Source: Tricharina praecox (taxonomy: Eukaryota). Taken from it: a stretch of 64,000 nt of DNA. Below the pieces are notes generated by a model. The model did no database searches, was not told where the DNA came from, and saw only the letters and a list, made by a program, of their open reading frames with translations. Positions within the stretch are counted from its first letter, which is position 1. Each line of letters begins with the position of its first letter. Positions 25,820 to 38,383 of this stretch are shown piece after piece. A program made the translations under genes and the position numbers. The stretch lies in assembly GCF_024521635.1 (NCBI RefSeq), contig NW_026250403.1, positions 372,001-436,000 of the forward strand, in the 5' to 3' direction.

Positions 25820-27447
25820 TATAGGAGACGAATTTTAGGGCTTTTTTGGACTAGATGGTATGCTCCGACCTGGTTATGTTTCCTGCGGGAGGAAGAGGCT
25901 GATTAACTTGCAAAGCCGGTAAACTCTCGATTGAGAGTCAGTGAGCTTTCTCACCGGATGAAACTATTATATAAACGAAGAGAGGGGTTTAGTATTGAAG
26001 CCAGCATTGCTGGCATAGTTAATTATTTGCTATTAAGAGCCAATCGATATCGCACGGAAGTGCAGCACGCAATTCGTTTGTTAGTGAATGGCGAAACATC
26101 GCTCGCTCATTTAAGCGGCGAGTCCCTGGCAAGCGACGAGTGAGAGCACCTGCGTGCCTTAACCATGTCTCAGCGCACAATCACGTATGACTGTAGGACC
26201 GACCAAACTCCACCTCATCCACCTCCCATACCGCGGACTGAACGCCATGGAATACCTACCGTAGGACTGCGTAGACTGGCCAAGCGGCCGTAAAACAGAC
26301 CTCGATGGGCACTGGCTGATACCTACGTTCTCTCCCCGTCGATATGTAGGACCCTCTCAGTTGGTCCGGCGCATCGCTTGCCGCGGCCGAGACAATAGGT
26401 AGTGCTTCTAGCATCGCCGTTGCACCGCCCATCTTCTGCACGCGGTGTGATCTAGACTGGGGGAACGCATGGATCGCTCACTCGAACCTTCCAAGTAGCG
26501 TTTGCAGGACAGGTAGTTCCAGTGGCAATCGAATACCTAGGCAGATAAGCGAAACCTGTGGTCTTTCGGAGGGTTGTCGCTATCTGTATTTATGTCCCTT
26601 ATTTCGGTGGTGGTCTGTAATCTAGTCTGGAATTTGCCCCGTGTGACCAGAAATTCTGGGTATCAATACCCAAGTCAGCAGAGGTTGGGCTGAACAGACA
26701 AACTGGGCTGTGGTATTCAAATTGCAATGTAGATAGTGATTGCCTATGCACAGCTCGTGAGACCCGAAGAAAAGACCAAAGTGCAGTTCAAAAACCGCAC
26801 GGCTTCCTATGTATCAGTGGAATGTGTCGGCCCGCATATCAGAGCAGACTAGAGCAGCAGATGTGCAAATCATCCATGCAAACTTCCCACCAACCCATGG
26901 CCATGTTTGAGCCCTACATGAGTGTGTTCCTTGGTCGTTTCGACCGGCGAGTCGGATTCGGAAGGTTAGTTCGGGCTGGCTCGAAGATCTGTCTGCCGAT
27001 GCGCTTGCAGTGCGCCTGGGCCAGCGGGGTTCAATGCTGGACTCTATGTAGAGGTCTCAATATACGGCCATCAAACATCGACATGCTTCTTCCCGGGCCA
27101 ATCCCTTCGCTTGGTTGAGCCGGTGGTTGATGGTATCCGGGAATGTAAAACATCCCCTCGGAATGGTCCAGTCCAATCGTCCAGTAGTTTGACTGAATGG
27201 TGGGGGAGAGCTGTGGGGGCAACATTGCACCTTCGGCTGACGAGCTGGCTGGATGACTGGCCAGTTGGTTGAGAGGAAGGTCAAGTCAAGAGCCTGCTGC
27301 CTTCGGGGCTGGCGGGTATATATCACCAACCCCACTCAGCGTGATTGCTTGTGATTGTCCGAAGTCCTCGAAAGTTCTGCGTCCTTCCCTCTGGATTTCC
27401 TCCATCATCAGTTGCTTCAACCCTTGTGGTTAGCAGTAGCCACCGCC

Positions 27448-28569
27448 ATGCATCCACTCGTCGTTCTCGCTGTACTGATCCTAACGCTTCTCTACCTCCA
27501 CCGTCGCCACCGCAAGCCCACGACAACTCTGATCTGCACCCTCGACGAGGCCCGCAGTCTTCTCGCCAACCCTTCCACAGCATTCACCCCCCTCCAGTCC
27601 CGCGCGCTCCCCAACCAGCGCCTCGTCACCGCCTTCGGCATAAACAACAGTTTCACCACCACTTCCCTCCAGCACCACAAATCCTTCCTCCACACCGCAT
27701 CCCACCTCCTAAAGCTTTCCCCATCCCAATGGGCCTCGATGGCGCAGCTTGCACAGTCGCTCCTCCCGTCCAAACACACACGCACGCTCCATCTCATCCC
27801 CTTCCTCCGCACCTACGTCCTGACGATCATCCTGCACCTATTCTTCCCCGCGTACATGCCAGCGGACGAAGCGGTAGTAGGCCGGCTAGCGCAGCTGATC
27901 CACGCGCTGTGGGTGCAAAGCAAGACCGGTGCACCATCATTGGCCTCCAGGCAAGAGCTCTCCGAGGTGATGCGGACACTGTTCCCAGACGTAGCCGAGA
28001 ACCCGCTGAACCTCCTGCTGCCGGCCTACGAGACGCTGTGGCGCGTCGTCCTCCGCCTGTTCATCGAGGTGCACCGCGGCCCCGCAGAGTGGCGCGAGGT
28101 GCTGAATCTCTACCTGCAGCGGCCGAGCACTGAGCGGTTCCGTAGTTCAAGAGACGGCGTGTCCCCCATGTTCCTGGTGCGCGAGGCGCTAAGGCTGTAT
28201 CCGCCTACCAAGCGGGTCTACCGTGCGGTTGGGGAGAAGGCGTGGGTGGCTATTGATTTGGAGGCGCTGCAGATGGACAGCAAGGTGTGGGGGGAGGATG
28301 TCGCGATATTCAGGCCCGAGAGGTGGAGGTTTGTTGCTAGTGAGCGGCAGGCGGGGGAGATGGGCTGGATGCCGTTCGGTGAGGGGTGCTTTGTGTGCCC
28401 GGCGAAGGGGATGTTTGCACCGCGATTGATTGCACTCCTTGTGGCAGCGGTTGGCAGAGTGGTGCCTGCTGAGGCGATGCCGACGGCGGAAAGGAAGGAG
28501 GATCTGCCCGAGAAGGGGAGGCTTGATAATGAACGGGATGGGTATGTGACGCTGAAGTATTGTTGGTAA
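27448..28569 (+). CDS. Short atypical cytochrome P450 (373 aa, intronless)
   Basis: N-terminal membrane anchor; EALRLYPP (ExxR); FRPERW; PFGEGCFVCPA heme-thiolate-like motif; I-helix-like LLPAYETL. Confidence 0.8.
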   Translation: MHPLVVLAVLILTLLYLHRRHRKPTTTLICTLDEARSLLANPSTAFTPLQSRALPNQRLVTAFGINNSFTTTSLQHHKSFLHTASHLLKLSPSQWASMAQLAQSLLPSKHTRTLHLIPFLRTYVLTIILHLFFPAYMPADEAVVGRLAQLIHALWVQSKTGAPSLASRQELSEVMRTLFPDVAENPLNLLLPAYETLWRVVLRLFIEVHRGPAEWREVLNLYLQRPSTERFRSSRDGVSPMFLVREALRLYPPTKRVYRAVGEKAWVAIDLEALQMDSKVWGEDVAIFRPERWRFVASERQAGEMGWMPFGEGCFVCPAKGMFAPRLIALLVAAVGRVVPAEAMPTAERKEDLPEKGRLDNERDGYVTLKYCW

Positions 28570-29044
28570 GGATTTGGGCGTTTATGCAGGCGTTATGGCT
28601 ATCGGTGGCTGGAGCTGTGGGCACTTTGATTTGTTTGGTTATGGACTTTGGTGGTATATATTATTTATCGACTGTGGGCCTGGTGCTCGTGGGACAATGG
28701 AGTTTATCTGAGTCTGCGAATGGACGTTAGTTGGTATGTACGTCTATGGCGCTTCAGCGGTTGCACTGAAGTTCAATACACGCCACTCCGCTAGTCATTC
28801 GTAATACTCACAACACATCCTGTATTGGTACCGTCGGGGCCATTATCTGACCCTCAATCCCAATCTCGCAGTCTATCAAAGGTGATAATAATATCAAAAG
28901 AATTAACAATCCAGCCCAAGGTATAATGTTTCCCAGTGACCACCGTAACGTAGCCATAACCAAAACTCCAAAACACCAAGACGCAATGCAAACCAAAAGG
29001 TAAGGAAACACTCCACACTCAAGTCGCCACTAACGGATTGCTCC

Positions 29045-31967
29045 CTATCCGCTACCGGATCCCATAGCCCTTCCAACGCTATCCCTGACACCGGTGCTTT
29101 GGAAGAGCGCCCCCCGCAGCTTCTGATTCTCCTCCCTGACGCGAGCCATCTCGGTTCGTAGCCCTTGGAGCTCGTCGTGCTGTGCACTGAACTGCCGTTG
29201 CATCTCTGCCTGCAATGCGCTGATTTGTTGAGACATTGCAGCTTGCATCTGCTCCACTGCTGCTCTGACTATTCCACCGATGTCACCGCCGTCACTTATT
29301 ATCGGCTTGGAAGCTGTGGCGGTACTATTGGTGACGATTCGAGAATTATCGTTGTGGTGTTCGGAGAGGACCGAAAGAGGCCGAGATCCCAAGTACGAAC
29401 GAGACGAAGATACTCCCTCTCCACCGTACTGCCCCATCACAGAAGAAGAGGCCATCGGAGTTGGGAATAAGTCTGCCTGTGGCTCGGGATCGTCGGACCA
29501 GGATACCGTCTTTCGGCTTTTAGCCGAGCGTATGGTTGAGGAGCGAGATGGGTCAGCACGGGTGTCGGGCAAAGTGTTGGCAATCATGCTCTCCTCCTCT
29601 AAGGGAGCTTTCTTGCGTTTGCGTCCGAGCCTACCGGCGCGTTTGCCGACAGCGAGAGCTGCCCAGATGTCTTCATCTTCTTCGGTTGCCAGTTCTTCCG
29701 GAACCTGTTCCTTCTGATCGGGTTGAACCTGTTCCTCCTGAGTGCTGGTTTTTTCAGGCCCAGCTCCGGTGGCTCCAAAAGCTGATTGATGAGTACCGTC
29801 CTCCCCGTCGGGTACGAAAAGTTCGGATGCATGCATCTTTTTCTCGGGGGCGCTAATACTTCTTTTAATGCTAGAAGCGTCGACAGATTCTCGACCAGCC
29901 CTACTGGCAGGTGTACTTCTAGCCTTAGTAGGGGGAACAAAAGGTTCAGGTAATGCTGGTGGATTTTCAGGTTCCGTGACGCTCTTAGACTTCCCAGAAT
30001 ATAATGCTCGGATACTCCGGATCTCGCTTAGGATCCGCCCATCATCGGTTGCCTCGTCCACCTTGATTCGATCTGTACGCACACTGGAAAGACCCCCGAA
30101 AATAGAAACGTTGTTAGAGCCCGATTCTTCTCCGGTGGTGGTGGTGTCCTTTTGCACGTCCCCTTGAAACGCAGAAAAGGCATCCAGCTCCTCGGGCTCT
30201 ACTTCAGCTTCTTCCTTAGTTTCTCCATTATCAGGCACACCATCATCCCACAGCTGCGGCGCGCTTATCGCACTTCGGTGATCACTACTCTGTGTCGAAG
30301 CACGGGCCCGAGGGTCCGAAGGTCTGTGGATTTTCTCGGTTTTCTTTCCCGGTAATGATGCAGATTTGGACACCCTACTCCGTTTCACCGGGCTGAAGAG
30401 CATCATATACCCCTGATCGGCCGCATCTTCCAGAGAGTCGTAGACTGGCGGCGAGAATGCTCTGTGTCTACGTCTTGCCGAGACCTCCTTGATAAGGGGG
30501 TTGCCATCCTCATCAACCTCCTCTGGAGACACGGGCGAACTGCTCATATTGAGCTTTTGGCTTTGGAGCGCCTTGGTGGATTTCCGCGTGCGGTCGGACT
30601 TTCCAGGCTGTTCTCTCGATGCAGCATTTTCTGGTGAAGGCTGTGTGGGAGCAATATCAACCTCTGGTGCGGACACATCACCGCAAACCTGGAAGTGTTT
30701 AATTAGTGTCAAGTATTTTCTCAGCAGGATCGAAGTAACCCACCCATTCCACATCGAGTATACTCTCCCCCTCAGTGTCAACCACCCGCTCTGCAACCTT
30801 GTTGCCATTCCCGTCATATACCAAACATCTTCCGTGCACAGTACCCACGCCGATGAAGTAACCACCGAGTTCCTCTTTCCTGCTCTTGGCAGCGGCGTCG
30901 ATCTCCCTGATGGTCAACCCTGTGGCGGGAGCACCGATATGCCAGCTTCCTAGAGTATCTCCCTTCTCAAAATCGACCAGAAAACATCTCCCATCTTCGC
31001 CCACAGTAACTGCTCGACTTCGCTGACCGGGAACGAATCCAGCACCGGTGATTCCGGCAGAACCTGCAATGCTGGGATCATGCAGATGCCGGAACGTATG
31101 GATGCCTCGCGCATGACACCTTGTGACTCCAAGTCCTGCGTTCTCCTTGTTTCCGGCTTTAGCGGGAGAGAGTTTCGTGTAATCAAAGGCGGCCAGTACG
31201 CCGTCACCGAAAGCTAACAGGAAGATGTGCTTTCTGCTCGGATGGAATGCACAGGTGACTACGGGTGCCGAAGATGCAGATGGGACGAGCGATATTGTTG
31301 TAGCCATCATTTGGTTGTGGATTTGGACCGTCGGGGGCTTTGAAGACGCTGAGATAATGAGATTGGAATCGCAGGAAACGGCAAAGGCAGTGATTGGGGA
31401 TGGGTGCGATCTTGCGGCATCGGCGACGCGGTTATCCGAGAGCGAGTAGGACTGAACGCTGTTGTGGAGCGAGTCTGTATAAAACAAGTTACGAGAATCA
31501 TGCGAGTATTGAAGAAGTCGGCATCTCTGCAGCACATCAAGAAGTCAGATGCGAATCCATGGCTACACCAGACGAGCAGATCCCTAACCTGCGTTCCCCT
31601 CAACCGGTAAGATTTGTCCTGACCGTCCTCGACCTTGTGAAGCATAACCACTTGAGCATCTGCAATCGCCAGTACCGATCCTACGAACCAATATCAGCGA
31701 AATGACCGGACATCCGAGGTGCCCCGCGGTAGGAGGCGCACCATCTAATGCGCGTTTTGCCGCGACAATGCCACGTGATGACGATGTAAAGATCGGTTCG
31801 CAACCATCGCGGTCCCAAGCACATATCTTGCTACTTGTAGTAATGAAGAGCTTCCATTTTGGGTTGTCATCGAAGGGCGCGGTAGGCGAGAGGTCCGCGT
31901 GTGAGAAACCAATGCGAGTCTGGCGGGTGCTACGGAGAGCTCTATTTGGAGAATTGTATGTTGGCAT
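29045..31967 (-). CDS. WD40 protein with C-terminal coiled coil, probable NEDD1/GCP-WD homologue; 3 introns (alternative start at 31988)
   Basis: N-terminal beta-propeller repeats, a long disordered linker, and the C-terminal ...ISALQAEMQRQFSAQHDEL...VREENQKLR; introns about 31681-31741, 31527-31588 and 30689-30743. Confidence 0.7.
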
Positions 31968-32533
31968 AAGTATAGTGGGCAGCGACATGGCGCGGTGCAA
32001 CGAGCATGGGAGCTGGTGGGATGGTGTGGGCAGAGCGGGCGGGATGGTGCGGGCAGATCGGAAGCGGACGAGGTTGCGGGAGACGCGGTAGAAACACGAC
32101 AGCAATGAACACTGCGCTGGAATCCAGATGAGATGGGATCAATACGATAAGATAAGATAACTCACGTACTGCCGTTTTCAACACTGAGTAGAGTATGCTA
32201 GGTTTCCTGTCCAATGAGGTCGGAAGCGAGTGCCTCCCGCCAACACCAATCATCGCGCCTCAATCCATAGCTTGCTTTCCGCTTGCTTGCACCTGCAGCA
32301 CCTGCATCTGCCAGATTGCGCTTCAACTGCCCGTGACTTGTCCAACTACCCTTAGAATATCCTGTTACAGCCAGTCCTATGCTCTCCGGTGATGACCACC
32401 ACATAAAATTCTCGTTCTCGGAAGGGACTGTTTGCGACTTCCCTTCCTTGACCAAAGAAGAAAGACACATCAGCCGCCCAATCGATTCATCCCCCCGAGC
32501 TCGACACCCACTACCGCCACCACCACCGTCGAC

Positions 32534-35130
32534 ATGTCTTTAATACGCTACAGCTCCGACGATTCACGAAGTGTTGTCCTGTGCGTTGACCGCCCCTCTC
32601 CCAATGCAAAGGCCTCAACAAAGGCCTCGACAAAGACACTCGCCGCTTTGCTTCAGCATGCTGACCCGCGTTCGCGTTCACCTGCAGACGTCACCAGCAA
32701 ACGCTCGTGCTCTACGATCCGCACTCGCGCCAAATAATCCTCCGTGAAGCTTCGCCCGCCACTCCCGTGGATGCCACCAACTCCCAATCGTGCCCGTACT
32801 GCAAGAGACCCATGCATCATGGCGACGAGCCCACCTCCGATCCGCTCAGTCCGGGACTAGGTGGCCACCGAGCGCGAAGCAGCACCCCACTTGCGGATTC
32901 GGGCTTTGTCGACCAACACTACTTCCGGATGCTGGATTCTTCGTAAGTGGTCTGACCGACTGCCGCTGTGATGGGGCTTACACAGTCGCCTACGTAGGAT
33001 CCCGGTGGTGGACTCGACATCACCGGAGACTAGGAGATCGGTGCCGCTCCCGAGGCTGACGCCGGAGACAAACCAGAGCTCGAGTGACGAAGCAGCGAGC
33101 GAAGACGACGCGCCCAATTCGCAACGCGATGGAGGCATCAAAGACAGTTCTTTCAGTCCAGGCTACTTTGAAAGGTACAGCACTCGCCATGCGGTACTCC
33201 ACTCCAATGTTTAACACGAGAAACACAGGTTTTTTGTCACAGAGCGTGAGCTCGGGAGGGGAGGGAAGGGAGTGGTGTTACTCGTACGACATGTTCTGGA
33301 CAGTGTCACACTCGGGAACTTTGCTTGCAAAAGAGTGCCGGTTGGTGAGTAGACATCTTCGGCCTGACTTCGGATGGGGTGATGATGTCATACTCACGCA
33401 GTTCAGGAAACAATCACGGGTGGTTAGAGAAGGTGTTGATGGAAGTTCAATTGCTTCAGCGACTTTCGCATGCCAATCTGGTCTCATATCGACATGTCTG
33501 GCTTGAGAATGCGCAGATTTCTGGTATACTTCCTGTGGCCGGTATCTGTCAGTTAGAATTTGCTAATGAGCTCTGAAGCTTTCGGCCCTAGCGTGCCTTG
33601 TGCCTTCATCCTTCAGCAGGTATAGATATCTTCCTTGGCTCCTTGTGTTGGAAGCTGAATTCGAGCCAACCGTAGTACTGTAATTCCGGCGATCTCCACC
33701 ACTTTATTCTGGGCTCTCCGAAGCCGCCCACCAAAGAGTCGTTGAAGGAACGCTTACGGCGGAAGTCTCGGGGACAGCCAGAACCTCCAGGACAACTCTT
33801 CAACATAAGAAAGATGCCTTTTAAACAGATCATCTCGTTTTTCCGAGACATCGCCCAGGGATTAAATCACTTGCATTCAAACGGCTTCATACACAGAGAT
33901 TTGAAACCTTCAAACTGCTTGTTACATGACACTGGGATTCCCGGCGAAGAACTGAAGGTCTTGGTCAGCGATTTCGGAGAAGTACAGATGGAGAATCAAG
34001 TACGGGAGTCAACAGGCAACACGGGAACGATATCATATTGTGCACCGGAGGTCCTCAAGCGGGTAGCACCTGGCGGGGCATACGAAAACTTCACAACGAA
34101 ATCAGATATCTTCTCTCTAGGGATGATCCTACATTTCATGAGTTTCGGAAAACTCCCCTACATATGTGCTGATCAGATCAACGAAGAAAACGAAGACATG
34201 GAGGCTCTTCGTGCTGAGATATCGGCCTGGAAAGGCTTGGATGAGCACGAAATGATCCGCACAGACCTTCCCGAGCAGTTGTACCATTCTCTGAAAGCTC
34301 TCATCAACCCCGATCCGACAGTACGACCGTCCGCAGAGGAAATCCTCCTTGGAATCGAGTTGGGTGTCAGCGAGGAGGCACCACCGATGGTACATACAAG
34401 TTCTGGTGAAGACGATCACACTGGAACCCAGAAACTAACACGGTCACAGAGACGCGGCTCCGTTGCGCACAACAGTCCCCCAGTAATCGACGAGAGCCAA
34501 ACACTTGGCTTCAAGCGAATTTCGCCTATCGCTGACACTCCGCGATCAATCACTCCCGATCCCCTGGGGCCACGATCGCTCAAGGAACCCCCGTCTTTTA
34601 CCAGCAACGGACATACCCTAGGGGATAAACGTAATGGTTCCTCACGCGGTCCCAGGAATTCAAAACTGAGTTGGAGCGCTACGCCACCCGGTTCCCCGAA
34701 GAGACCCTCTGGGTCGCCGAAACAACCAAAGCTGCAGAAGGAGAATACAATAGCCCCCGAAGACCCGGTGACCGGATCTTCTATGACCGAATCGTCGATG
34801 ATATTGAGGCCCCATCTCGACTCACCCAAGCCGATCGAACCTCTCCTAGATTTCGAAGTCGTCCCACCAACTGGTTCAGGCTGGAGAGGAAAATTGCTCG
34901 CGCCGCAGTCGATTATATTGGTGAAGATTGTTGTCTTTTTCATGAAGATGCTGTCCCTCACGAGACCTTGCATCCCAGCGGCGCCCAACTCTTCTGTTCA
35001 CTACCCCATGATTATGTTTGCGATTCTGGATTTTATCGCGCCGTCGCTGACTTTGACGACGACACTGGGTATTGCGCATATTGGCTTGCTCATGTTGGTC
35101 AACACATTTGGCGAATTGTGTATGTACTGA
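32534..35130 (+). CDS. IKS1: Ser/Thr protein kinase Iks1; about 6 introns; hydrophobic C-terminus
   Basis: CPYC, YFRML, FSPGYFERFF, ELGRGGKGVV, ACKRVPVG, LVSYRHVWLE, HRDLKPSN, SDFGE, TGTISYCAPE. Confidence 0.9.
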
Positions 35131-35526
35131 ATCAGGTTGAAACTGCGATGTGATGGGCTTCCTATGGGCTTCCTTTTTGTTCCTTCTGTTGCAAGCGAGT
35201 GTAATTTGGTAATTTGGTGTTTATGGTGTTGTTATCTACAGAACTATTTCTTACTTGAAGTCCCGAAATAGAGATGCCCGGCTAGAGTCCACTCCACGTG
35301 AAATCTAGATCTTAAAGGCGTTATGCCTCCGGCGGGTCGGGAACTATCAGTTATGGGAGTGTTTCTCCGAGATTTGCGTTCGGTTGTCTCAGTTACTATG
35401 ACCTCTCGCTGGGGAGTCGGGGAGCACCCATCCGCTGGATATAATCCACCAGACCTCTCAATCCCTATATCACCATATCACCATATCACTATCCCATTAT
35501 TCCACTATCCCACTATCCCCACCGCC

Positions 35527-36366
35527 ATGCCGCCGAGCCTACGCGTACCCTCACCTGTCGTCATGTCCCGCCCATGTACGCGCAATCACACGATATCACC
35601 CGTTTACCAACCAGCCGGTATTCCCTACCACATTTGTTTGCAGAGTCCCACAACATCGACCGGCGGCACCATCGTCACGGTCTCGGGGATATCCTGCAAA
35701 CGTACCTTCGAGCTGTGTCCCGCGTGTCCCGCCTCCGCCGTGTTTGAGAAACTATCGGCGGTGGTGACGTACGACCAGCGGGAGTGCTGGATCTCCGCTA
35801 GCGTCGTGGATATTGCCAGTGTCGGCGTGGGCGGGCGCTATTTGGGCTGGAGATATAGGACGTGTGTGCAGCCTGTAAGGCGGCGGCGGCGATGGTGGTG
35901 GGGCAGGGCCGCGGTCGAGGTCGAGGTGGATGTGGAGAAGGCAAGCATGGATCCGGCAGCGGAGTTGGTGGAGCTTGCGGCGCTGCTGCCGATGATGGCT
36001 GTCGAAATGAGGAATGTCGAGTTGAGGCTGTGTAGAGGGAGCCGGGAAGTGGTGCGTTTGAATTCTCCTGGGTGTGCGCGCATGTGCGGAAGGCTGACAG
36101 CGTGATAGCATGTGTATCGGGCCATTGCGGTCATGGTGATTATGCTGATCCTACTGTCTACCGTCGCTTGCTCGTGGTTGAATAGAATCCACCATGATCA
36201 TGTGACGGCCATGGGAGTTTCATGGGCCCAGAGTATATTAGGTGAGTTGCCCTGGGAACATAGAAGACGGGAAGGGACAAGGCTGATGGTGTGTTTAGTA
36301 AATTTAGTGTCAAGTCTTGTTTTTGGCGGGATCGCATGGACGTTTTGGAGACCGAGGGATGAATGA
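35527..36366 (+). CDS. Hypothetical 260-aa protein with two C-terminal TM helices; intron 36052-36108
   Basis: A GTGCGT...GCTGAC...TAG intron joins the two ORF-track frames in phase; good start context gccATG. Confidence 0.6.
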
Positions 36367-36525
36367 TAGAACGAATGATATCACAGTAGCATTGCAAACT
36401 ACATCTACATAGATGGATAGATGACGGGTGGTCTGTCCGACTTCATCCCCCAGCAGCCACCGCTATCCCTTTAGGCCGAACATTTGGTGCATCCTTTGAA
36501 AAACGTAAGCGCTCGCACAACCCAT

Positions 36526-37407
36526 CTACACCGCCGACCCTTTGACTTTCCTCAGCTTCTCTTCGAATTTCTCGAATTCTTTCACTGCGATCTCCTCCTC
36601 CTGGTCCATAACCTGGGTCACCATCTTGACTTCCTCGATCTGCATTCGTCAGCGTCCGGACCGTCTGAACAAACCTCGAGGCGAACTCACGTAGTGCATC
36701 AACATGCTCTCGATCCCGTTCTTCAACGTGACAGTGCTCGAATCACAGGTCCTACACGCGCCCCTGAGCTTCAAGAGCACCTCGCCCTTGTCGACATCGA
36801 AGCCGCGGAACTCAATATCTCCACCATCCTCCTGGATGGCCGGACGAATTCGCGTGTCAAGCAATTCCTTGATCATCGCCACCACCTCGGTATCCCCCTC
36901 CGCCGGCGCGGTATCGGCGGCCATCGACGTCTCCCCCTCCGTAACAACCGGCTGCCCACTGTTCAGCGCCTCGGTGATGAGCGAGAACACCTCGGGCTTA
37001 ACATGCGCCCAATTGACATCCTCGTTCTTCGTAACCGTGATGAAGTCCGGGCCGTAGAAAACGCTGCGGATTCCGTCCACGGCGAAGAGCTTTCGCGCCA
37101 GCGCGGAGCTGTGCGTGTCGCGCCCGTCCAGATACTCCATACTCTGAGCGCCCTCGGGGAGCACCGAGACCCCCGGAATAAACTTCAGCGCCTCCGGGTT
37201 CGGAGTCGTCTCGGTCTGGATGAACATGCTGCGCGCGGGGGAGAACGAGATGTGGAGCTTCGGGTGTCGCGGGGCAAGCGGGCGGTGGGCTTTGGTAGCT
37301 AAGAGAAATTGCGGGCGGGGACTGGTCGTGAGGGTGCGCCGGGAGAGCCCCCGGAGAAGCACACGGGGAGTGGTTCGTACGGTCATTGTTGGTATCGTCG
37401 TGAACAT
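36526..37407 (-). CDS. NFU1: Mitochondrial Fe-S cluster carrier Nfu1 (NifU-like); 1 intron
   Basis: Arg-rich presequence; MFIQTETTPNPEALKF; IRPAIQEDGGDI; GACRTCDSS (CxxC). Confidence 0.96.
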
Positions 37408-37772
37408 TGTGAAGTGGTTGTGGTTGTGGTTGGGAGTTTCGGCGAGAACTCGGCGGTGACGGCCGAGAGCCCACTAATGACGTTTGGTCGTCAGTGACTC
37501 GCCACTGCGTATCTAATGCATTTCTAAGCATAGAGATCACCACCGTGCCGGTACATAGGCGGGAAACGGGTCAGAGACGGACGCCCTGCCACGAAGTGTC
37601 CCTTCTTTTCGCGCACCGTGCCCGCCCCCAACCTTTTCTCCGTGCCCCTCATCGCGGACTTCCCTGCCAACTACACGTGAACCGGTGCACTAGTCAAACG
37701 CGTCTCTGCGTGGTTGCACCAAAACCTTTTAACCATCACGTCCCCCTCCGTAAGCATCTTACAACCGCAATC

Positions 37773-38383
37773 ATGGCTTCGAACCCCCCAGCTGTCTGTG
37801 GCCTCTGTCACGAGAACCCCTCAAAATACAAATGTCCTACCTGCCTAACACCATAGTAACTCTCCTCCCCCCTAGTCGGCCAATGGCACCTAGCTAACGT
37901 AAGCACGCCAGTTGCTCACTCGTCTGCTACAAACCCCACAAACTCACACATACGCTCGAACCCCCCGCCGCACCACCACCGCCACCACCTCCAGTGTCCG
38001 AAGAGACTCAGCCCGCAGCCATCACGCTGCAACACAAATTCGCACCACTCCTCGATTCCCCCGAGATCGTGCATATGCTCAGCTCCAAAACGTTGCAGTC
38101 GCATCTGATGGGAATATACAATGCCGCTCAACGGCCAAGTGATGAGGAGATGGAGCGGCGACAGCAGAATGCTTCGCGCGGGAGTCGTGGACGTGGCAGG
38201 GGCAGGGGCAGGGGAAGAGGCGACGGTGATGCGGGGAGAGTTACGTGGACGCAGGAGAAAGGAGATAAAGCCGCGCTGGCGAGGCTGAAGAAACTGAGGG
38301 ATGGGGGGTACGAGGAGAATACGGAGGTTGAAGGGTTTGTGAAGGCTGTTGTTGGGGCTACAGAGGGTGAGAGAAATGAATAA
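37773..38383 (+). CDS. HIT-type zinc finger protein (Hit1/ZNHIT3-like); 1 intron
   Basis: CGLC...KYKCPTC..PY|CSLVCYKPH zf-HIT pattern spans an intron at about 37857-37911; RG-rich segment. Confidence 0.8.

Noticed and set aside
36484-37302. 272-aa plus-strand ORF and similar antisense ORFs over PLB, OXP1, RIF1 and MTC4
   Set aside because: Shadow frames opposite well-supported GC3-rich genes.
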